Assembly: GCA_003345595.1 (NCBI GenBank)
Contig: PRDI01000046.1
Location: forward strand, 1 to 16,565
Source: Candidatus Thorarchaeota archaeon
Lineage (GTDB): Archaea > Asgardarchaeota > Thorarchaeia > Thorarchaeales > Thorarchaeaceae
Direction: 5' to 3'
Length of the DNA: 16,565 nucleotides
Shown here: positions 1 through 6,869 of the stretch, piece by piece
Layout of the letters: every line of letters starts with the position of its first letter
Numbering within the stretch: the stretch's first letter is position 1
Made by a program: the position numbers and the translations under genes
The notes under the pieces: model-generated
Seen by the model: only the letters and a program-made list of their open reading frames with translations
Told to the model about the DNA's origin: nothing
Database searches by the model: none

Positions 1-2677
1 ACCCTTCCCGCCTTATGCAACGGGAGGATACCAAGAGCCGACGTCGAGGAAGCAAGCCGCGCGGTCGATATGAACTCTTGCGCGCGACGACTCTGTTACC
101 CCTGGGGTAAGTTTTCTGTCATGTCCACCGCTCACAATTGGCCGATGAACGTTCGCTAGGCCAGCGTTTCCGCCTAGGATCCGTCGTGTTGCGGGATCCT
201 ATCAGCCGAGCTTATGCCCTTAATCTCAACGAGACGTTTCCGTCGCCTCTGAGCTCAGCATTGGTCACGGCTGATCTCTTGTCAGCCGTGTGCCGCCCCA
301 GCCTAACTGCCTATCTGCCAGTGTCCCCAGAGACTCTTGCTCTGGGTTAGCCGCCTCCAGCCAGACGGTCAGTATTACAGCTTCGCATTCCCAGGCCCCG
401 AAGAGCCCGGTTCAACGCTCCTGACTATTCTCTGCGCCAAACCAGAAACGGCAATGACAGACTGCGTAGTAAACCTCCGCAGGGACTTCTTATCCCCACA
501 GTGCCACGTATTCTATTCGATACGCTGTGACTTCACCGGATCCCTCCTTGGGACAGCGGGGAGCTCGTTGATCCCTTCATGCACGTCGGCATTTAACCGA
601 CAAGGCATTTGGCTACCTTAAGAGACTCATAGTTAGTCCCGGCGTTAACCTGTGCTTCGACCCATTTCTGAGCTTTAACAGACAGGCACAGACCAGGATT
701 GACCCACTGTACTAACGCTTACGCGCTCGCAGTGAGCTATGTTTTTATTATACAGTTGGCACCCCCTAGTTACTAAGGCCTAGGAGAGCTATTCACTGAC
801 CCAGGCACGGCACATCCCGAAGTTATGCCGCTAATTGGCCGATTTCCCTAAGGAGAGTTAACTCCGATACACCTTGGCTTTCTCTGCCAGGGAACCTGTG
901 TCGGTTCTGGGTACGGACTCGGAGAATCCTTCCGGACTCGTTTTTCAGGGCCACCAGAAACGGGCCAAACGGATGTCCGACCACCCGCCATTGCACCTTT
1001 CACCTGCCTCTCACCATTACGGTACTTGGCACGCTTATAGTGTTAGACACAGCGAGTGCCGTGCTTGGCCTGTCCAGATAGGTCACAAGTCCGGCTTTGC
1101 GTTGCCGCGTATTGTATCTCCGAGGTTCAGGACTATTAACCTGATTCCCTTTCATGACGTTCGTGTTACGGCGTCACTTAGGACCGACTAAACTTCAGCT
1201 GACGACGCATCGCTGAAGAGCCCTTTCCCTTCCGGTGGCATGGATTCTCACCATGCTTCGCTGTTACTATCGTCAGGATCCTCGAACCCGATCGGTCCAC
1301 AGGAGTTCACACCCCCGCTTCTTCCCAACCGGGTCGCTCCGCTACCAGATCACGCGGTTCTACCCGCGTGCTGCTCGGTCTCGGTGACCAGATTTAGCCC
1401 CGTCCATTTTCAAGGCCGAGAGCCTCGGTCTGTGAGCTGTTACGCTTTCGTTCGGGGGTAGCTGCTTCTGAGCTCACCCTCAGACTGTCTGAGGCTCTCG
1501 ACTCCCTTCTTCACCGCACTTATCTGGTACTTAGGGACCTTAACCGCGCTCTCGGTTCTCCCCGTCTCGGCCTGCCAAGCTTACCCTGGGCACCCGTCTC
1601 CTGCCTTCTACGATTCATGCAGCTTCGGAGTTTCCAGGATGGTGAGGGACTTGACGCCCCCCGAGCCAATCCGAGAGTGCTCTACACCACATGATATCTC
1701 CGGCAGGGCTAGCCTGCGAGCTAATTTGCAGAGAACGAGCGATCTCCAGTCTAGATAGGCCTTTTACTCCTACGCTCAGCTCAACGGAACGAGTTGCACG
1801 TCAGAACCCTTTCGGGCCTCCACCAGGCTTTCGCCTGGCTTCACCCTGGCCGAGCCTAGATCGACTGGCTTCTCGTATCATGAGAGTGACTTCGCGCGCT
1901 TTCACACGCCGCCCCTTACCGGCAAGCCGGCTGCGGGCCTGTTGGCTTCCCTTCGTTTACGGCTTGACGCCTTATCCTCGCCACGCCCATGAACTCCCTG
2001 ACCCGTGATTCTAGACGGATGAGGCCGGATCGATCTGCTCAGGTCCTACTGCGAGATTGCTCTCGTTTCGTTCCCCGAGCTTCTACTCTTACATCCGGCA
2101 TCCTTTTTGTAGATTACTGGTTTCAGGTGCTTTTCACCCCGCTCCCGCGGCGCTTTTCGACTTTCGCTCGCGCTACGTAGTTAGCTATCGGTTTGGCTTA
2201 GTGTTTAGGCTTCGCAGATTGCGTCTGCGGCCTTCGCGCGAGAAGTCCAACCCGCGCTAATCTGGATCCAAAGACATGCCTGCGCTTTACACCTACGGGG
2301 GTGTCACCCTCTACGCCACGTCGTCCCAGACGACTTCGGCTTAGGCGTGTCGACAATTGTCCTTGGCCCACACACCACATCTCCCTGCATTCGTCACGCA
2401 GAGATTCGGTTTGGCCTGTTCCCCGTTCGCTCGCTGTTAATAGGGGAATCACTGTTGTTTTCTTTTCCTGCCCGTACTAAGATGCTTCAATTCCGAGCGT
2501 TACCAATCCGGATTTGGCCCCGGATCCACGTGGGGTATTAACCCACGTGAGGAAGTCCCATTCGGAGACCCGCGGATCAAAGGGTTCATGCCCCTACCCA
2601 CGGAATATCGCTGCTTGCCACGTCCTTCATCGGCTAGCCAACCAAGTCATCCACCAGTAACCGTACAGCGAATTGCG
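1..2677 (-). rRNA. rrl: 23S (LSU) rRNA, archaeal; 3' part runs off the left edge (window covers approx. E. coli positions 1-2537)
   Basis: The reverse complement contains universal LSU motifs in the correct order: GGTGGATG near the 5' end (2655-2648), GAATTGAAGCATCTTAGTA, GTPase centre CAGAAGCAGC...GAAAGCGTAACAGCTCAC, H69 TAACTATGA...TTAAGGTAGCC, P-loop CTGGGGCGG and the PTC ring. G2058 and overall style are archaeal. The 5' end is estimated by offset from GGTGGATG (+/-10 nt). Confidence 0.98.
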
Positions 2678-3025
2678 GACCTACTTATATCACCGGCACA
2701 GTATAACCTGTTGTGTAGCAAACTGCTACATCACATGAAGTCATTCATGCGATCAAAGGAGAATACTCTTCCACCCTCTGCAGTCTCCACACCACATCCT
2801 CTTCCACTAATGTGGTTGGGGTACGACCCCGAGGCGTGTGTGTGTGACGGTCCCCCATCGAGAATGACTCCCATGTGTACAGACCGCTCCACCTGTCTTC
2901 CGGGTAGCCGCCCCGGAGGGTGGACCAGTCGTCTGGTCTCGATGAGCCCCTGAGTGGCAAACACAGGTGGCCTCAGTTGAGGTCTTGTGGACCTGCGCGC
3001 ACCGCATCTGGGGTGCGTGCCTCCG
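2678..3025 (-). ncRNA. Structured 5' external transcribed spacer (pre-23S leader), probably including the 5' strand of the processing stem at approx. 2678-2697
   Basis: Lies between a TATA box and the 23S 5' end, has no credible ORF, and contains at least ten inverted repeats (see findings). Confidence 0.65.
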
Positions 3026-3044
3026 CAGCCTCTGTGGCTTTGGA

Positions 3045-3057
3045 TTTAAAGCTTCCT
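3045..3057 (-). promoter_or_regulatory. Archaeal promoter (purine-rich BRE-like element + TATA box) for the 23S transcript
   Basis: Minus strand reads AGGAAGC-TTTAAA. The TTTAAA at 3050-3045 is about 22-25 nt upstream of the first helix of the structured leader (GAGGC at 3023). Confidence 0.65.
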
Positions 3058-3232
3058 TAGTGTCGAGGTTCACCAGAATGGTTCGAACGACCTTCCATAG
3101 CCGTCCAACAACACCTTCTCTACTCAACTCTTGAGAAGCAGAGTAACGGTATGCAGTTTCCAGATAAAGCTTGTGACACGGCGAGATTCTTTCAGGTCTG
3201 AAACAGGTTCAGAAGATGGTCACGACATCGAA

Positions 3233-3285
3233 ATGAGTGCCCCATCAGCTGCTGCTGTGAAATGCAGCATCGATGGGACAGTCAT
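3233..3285 (-). terminator. Long hairpin just downstream of the rph stop codon (possible terminator or stabilising element)
   Basis: Minus strand ATGA-c-TGTCCCATC-gat-GCTGC-loop-GCAGC-agct-GATGGGGCA-c-TCAT, followed by a short T run. Function is inferred from position only. Confidence 0.4.
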
Positions 3286-3292
3286 GTATGAA

Positions 3293-3997
3293 TCAGGGAG
3301 AGAGGGACTCTCTCTGCTTTGCTATCAGATCTTTGATTCCCTTCTCAGCAAGGCTAAGCATGAGGTCAAGGGTCTTCCGATCAAAGACCGCATTCTCACC
3401 AGTGCCCTGTACCTCGACATAGCTGTCATCACGCATGACCACGTTCATGTCGACAGCAGCTCGTGAGTCCTCTGGATAGGACAGATCGAGAAGGACCTCA
3501 TCATTCAATACACCCACGCTCACTGCAGCCACGGAACCAAGTAGCGGCAATTCATGAATCATGCCCATGTCAACCATAAAGCTGAGCGCATCGCAGAGAG
3601 CCACAAAGCCTCCTGTGATTGATGCAGTCCTCGTGCCGCCATCTGCTTGAATCACGTCACAGTCAATCTTGACAGATCGTTCGCCTAGGCGGTTCAGGTT
3701 CACAGCCGCTCGCAGTGACCTCCCGATTAACCGTTGAATCTCCTGTTCGCGCCCGGTGACCTTATACCGGTCTGTTCTCTCAGCAGTCGCCCTTGGCAAC
3801 ATGCCATATTCGGCCGTCACCCAGCCGCGCCCGGTCCCGTTCAGCCATGGTGGGACATCCTCCTCGACTGTGGCCGAACATATGACCTGAGTGTCGCCAG
3901 TTTTTATGAGAACGGAGCCCTCGGGGTTCTTCAGAAATCCACGCACAATCTCAACAGGTCTGAGTTCATCGTTTGATCTGCCGTCAACGCGGGTCAT
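3293..3997 (-). CDS. rph: Ribonuclease PH (bacterial-type phosphorolytic 3'-5' exoribonuclease)
   Basis: Motifs RxDGR...LRP, EGSVL, GWVTAEYGMLPRAT, EIQRLIGRSLR, DCDVIQADGGTRTASITG, LDLSYPEDS, VDMNVVM, EVQGTGE. Start placed at ATG 3997, with GGAGG (4010-4006) 8 nt upstream; 234 aa. Confidence 0.95.
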   Translation of the reverse strand: MTRVDGRSNDELRPVEIVRGFLKNPEGSVLIKTGDTQVICSATVEEDVPPWLNGTGRGWVTAEYGMLPRATAERTDRYKVTGREQEIQRLIGRSLRAAVNLNRLGERSVKIDCDVIQADGGTRTASITGGFVALCDALSFMVDMGMIHELPLLGSVAAVSVGVLNDEVLLDLSYPEDSRAAVDMNVVMRDDSYVEVQGTGENAVFDRKTLDLMLSLAEKGIKDLIAKQRESLSP

Positions 3998-4139
3998 TCT
4001 GCGGGCCTCCGCCATTAGATAGGAATTGACTGCAATTGCTCTGTTTCGTACGCCAAGCCACACAGATAGTTTTATTGTTAGTCGCATCATATCTCATAGA
4101 CCGGTCGTCAGACAGTGTTCCGCCTAGGAGCGGTTCAGT

Positions 4140-5165
4140 ATGTTGGACATCCAGAAGCGATTCGATGCGGTTCTTCTTGAAACCGTCGAGGAGTGGAAGA
4201 AGAAGGGCCATGTAAAGGGGATTTATGTTTACGGCTCCTACACAAGAGGTAGTGTGACTGCCAACTCGGACCTCGATGTATGCGTGATTTGGGACGAGGA
4301 CAGAGCTCCGATGGAAGCGCTAGCAGAACGCAAGGCGGTCCGGATCGACATGACGTTTCTTACGCCAAAGGATGTTGAAGATGTCCTTGAGAAGAGAACC
4401 AAGGAGCCGCTTAGAGTTGCAGAGGTGGTATGCAGACTCAGGAGCGCAAAGACCGTCCATGACCCGCAAGGCACTCTGAAGAAGTGGCAAGACAGGGCCA
4501 TGAAATACACATGCCCTGATGATGTAGTCACAGGTCTAAAGACTCGGGCCATAGAATCAATTGAGAGCGCGGCTCGTCTCTCAGAACGGGAGGATGAAAC
4601 TATCAGTACTGTCTACGAACTCCGCGATGCTCTGTTTGATCTTGGTGGCGTCATCCTGTTGAAGAACAACTTCTTCTGCATCATCAGGCCGTCTGAGATA
4701 CTCAGGGAGGTCAGAATGCTCGACCCTCTCGCATACGGGCTGTTTCTACGGGCATTCAAGCTGAAGGGTCTAGAAGAAGAGGAACTACGCGATACTCTTA
4801 GTGGCGTGAACCACTGGCTAGAAACAGCTGAACAGCGTCGCACGAAGGCAGGAGCTAGCGGTATCGCGACCAAGCTTCTCCTGCAAGCACAAAGAGAGTA
4901 CTACGGTGCCACAGGCCTCACGTTCTCCGCAGACTATGAACTGGCTGTACTTGAAACGCGGCGGTCAATGGCCACCCTCGGACTAGCCCTTCTCGCAATA
5001 GACGGCATGGCAGAAACGAAGCGGAGTGATGTCGTGAAGGAACTGAGAGAACGTGAAAAGGAGTACTATGAGCAGGTATTCCTGAAGTATGGGGCGTTCG
5101 ACTTTCAGTCAAAGGGAGTCAAGCGCAGCATAGGAGAAGCGCAGTTCATCGCACACAGACTGTGA
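4140..5165 (+). CDS. Pol-beta superfamily nucleotidyltransferase (MNT) with C-terminal helical HEPN-like modules
   Basis: YVYGSYTRG...SDLDV (hGS-x10-DhD) and a third Asp in RIDMTF. The C-terminal ~200 aa look helical. AGGAG ribosome-binding site at 4126-4130. Confidence 0.85.
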   Translation: MLDIQKRFDAVLLETVEEWKKKGHVKGIYVYGSYTRGSVTANSDLDVCVIWDEDRAPMEALAERKAVRIDMTFLTPKDVEDVLEKRTKEPLRVAEVVCRLRSAKTVHDPQGTLKKWQDRAMKYTCPDDVVTGLKTRAIESIESAARLSEREDETISTVYELRDALFDLGGVILLKNNFFCIIRPSEILREVRMLDPLAYGLFLRAFKLKGLEEEELRDTLSGVNHWLETAEQRRTKAGASGIATKLLLQAQREYYGATGLTFSADYELAVLETRRSMATLGLALLAIDGMAETKRSDVVKELREREKEYYEQVFLKYGAFDFQSKGVKRSIGEAQFIAHRL

Positions 5166-5213
5166 ATCCGGCAACGAGTCACATTGATTAGTTCGAGCTG
5201 CGAGTGAAAGGCC

Positions 5214-5906
5214 ATGCCCGAGCAGCTGGCAAGTGTTATTCGTCTTCTGAGTGTACCTCTGACCAGGGAGAAGCAGTCCAGACTGCTTTCGGAGCTACAG
5301 ACATACGCATCTGCCGCTAATTACATCATCAAGACGATAGGCGAAAGGCAGATTGCCCCCAATATGAGGGCATTGGAGGCTCTGAGGGAGGACTTCGAAA
5401 TGAGGCTGTTTCGTCTTACGACCTCCGAACCCGACGCCACAGCGGAAGTGGTGCCAGAAGATGCACGCAGGAAATTCGCATCGAGGTTCAGGCAAGATCT
5501 CGCCGGGAAGTACATTGGCCAGGGCATCGGTACACAAGGACAGACCAACAGCGCCTTCGCTGAGTGGTATGTTCGAAGGTATTTCGATGACGTAGTTCGT
5601 GGAGCCCTCGGAGAGATCACTCGACATCGGAAGCTCGCTAGGACTGTTCGGAGCCTCAGGAACAAGACGCCCCATTTCAAGTCTGTCAGGATGATTCTGT
5701 CACCCCCCATAGCAGTGATTGGAGACAGCGGTTGTACAATCCTAGGGACAATGGGTGAGGAGATTCCCATTCCCTTTGATAAGAGGAGCAGGAGCCAAGA
5801 GAGCACACTCCTACATTCAATCGCTGGAGGCGTACAACAATACAAGCGGGTTCGACTGACATGGCGAAAAGAGGGGTATGTCGAAGTGGACGTACGACTT
5901 GTCTAA
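5214..5906 (+). CDS. Hypothetical protein resembling the N-terminal WED/REC lobe of TnpB/Cas12f, lacking RuvC
   Basis: N-terminal LTREKQSRLL...YASAANYII, central KTPHFK, G-E-E-I-P-I-P-F strand and terminal RVRLTWRKEGYVEVDVRL match the TnpB WED/REC pattern by eye. No D-x-G RuvC-I motif and no zinc finger. Confidence 0.55.
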   Translation: MPEQLASVIRLLSVPLTREKQSRLLSELQTYASAANYIIKTIGERQIAPNMRALEALREDFEMRLFRLTTSEPDATAEVVPEDARRKFASRFRQDLAGKYIGQGIGTQGQTNSAFAEWYVRRYFDDVVRGALGEITRHRKLARTVRSLRNKTPHFKSVRMILSPPIAVIGDSGCTILGTMGEEIPIPFDKRSRSQESTLLHSIAGGVQQYKRVRLTWRKEGYVEVDVRLV

Positions 5907-5925
5907 AGAGACAATGAACAGTGGT

Positions 5926-6813
5926 CTACTCCTGTGGATTCCAACCAATGAGTGCACCGGAGAAGTCAGCAGAGTAGAAGACGCCGCCACTAGCAGCCCA
6001 TGCCACAGAAGTGACACTGCTGTCCACTCTCAGGTTGGCATTCTCCGTACCGTCTGCAATCGACCAGAGCCGCAGAGTACGATCTGAGCTCCCAGACAGA
6101 AGGAGATCCCCTGTTGGTCCAACCGAGAGAGAGGTCACGGCGTCAGAGTGACCAATCATTTTGCTCTTCTCACGCGGGTGCTCGAGGCTGAGTGACAGGA
6201 TGCTGCCCCCATGCATGCCTAGGAAGACACGCGACCCGTCTGGCATCGCCGCGATTGATCTGAACCGTTCGGTGGACTTAGCAAGCCTTCTCAGCATCGC
6301 GCCGCTGGCAAGGTCCCATAGCTTGCATTCGCCGTCCCATGAGATGCTCACAAGCTGCGAGCCATCCCCAACAAAAACAAGGCCGGACAAGTCCGCTCCA
6401 TGTGCATGGATGTTCCTCAGAGTCTTGAGTGCCTTGGTGGAGAAGATTTTCACTTCTCCGTCCCGAGATCCTGCGGACCCCTTCTGAGACTTCTCCCAAG
6501 TTGCCAGAGCCTTCACTTGGTCACTATGTCTGAGTGAGTATCTGCACTTTCCTTCTATGCAGTCCCATATCCTAGTGGTCTTGTCCCAGCCGGCTGATAA
6601 CAGCAGCCTTCCACTTCCAAGAAATGTGACTGCCGAAACCATGCCTTCATGACCCTTCAGGGTCCGCTTCAGTCTGCCAGACTTGCTGTCAATAAGAAAG
6701 ATACTTCCATCCGTTGTACCGCATGCAAGTCTGCGACCATCAGGATTGACCGATATGGTAGTCAGGGGAGAGAACTGAGCACCAGAAGATCTAAAGAGGA
6801 TGCACTTCTCCAA
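5926..6813 (-). CDS. WD40-repeat beta-propeller protein (approx. 7 blades)
   Basis: Repeats such as LKGHEGMVSAVTF...SAGWDKTTRIWD, AHGADLSGL...SISWDGECKLWD and GHSDAVTSL...SGSSDRTLRLWS. TTG start. Confidence 0.93.
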   Translation of the reverse strand: MEKCILFRSSGAQFSPLTTISVNPDGRRLACGTTDGSIFLIDSKSGRLKRTLKGHEGMVSAVTFLGSGRLLLSAGWDKTTRIWDCIEGKCRYSLRHSDQVKALATWEKSQKGSAGSRDGEVKIFSTKALKTLRNIHAHGADLSGLVFVGDGSQLVSISWDGECKLWDLASGAMLRRLAKSTERFRSIAAMPDGSRVFLGMHGGSILSLSLEHPREKSKMIGHSDAVTSLSVGPTGDLLLSGSSDRTLRLWSIADGTENANLRVDSSVTSVAWAASGGVFYSADFSGALIGWNPQE

Positions 6814-6869
6814 AGACGATCACCGGGACACAACGCACAGGTGCTCGTAGGAGCATGAGGATAAAAACT

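Noticed and set aside
1-2677. Intron or supersized expansion segment in the 23S
   Set aside because: The length is only about 140 nt over the E. coli equivalent, in the normal archaeal range. H69 and the PTC read continuously, and the ES39 region is outside the window.
138-2953. Multiple 60-120 aa ORFs over the rRNA and its leader
   Set aside because: They are shadow frames of the 23S gene and structured leader with no protein motifs.
3075-3095. GTTCGAACC resembling a tRNA T-loop
   Set aside because: No T-stem, acceptor stem or cloverleaf can be built around it.
3233-3295. SECIS-like element after the rph TGA
   Set aside because: The ATGA is Watson-Crick paired with TCAT rather than forming a tandem G-A core, and Rph is already full length at this stop.
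5166-5925. Active IS200/IS605 element
   Set aside because: No tnpA, no subterminal hairpins and no RuvC domain.
5904-5951. Read-through of the TnpB-like stop gives RDNEQWSTPVDSNQ, faintly like a RuvC-I remnant
   Set aside because: It is the antisense of the WD40 C terminus, lacks the G-h-D-h-G pattern and stops again immediately.
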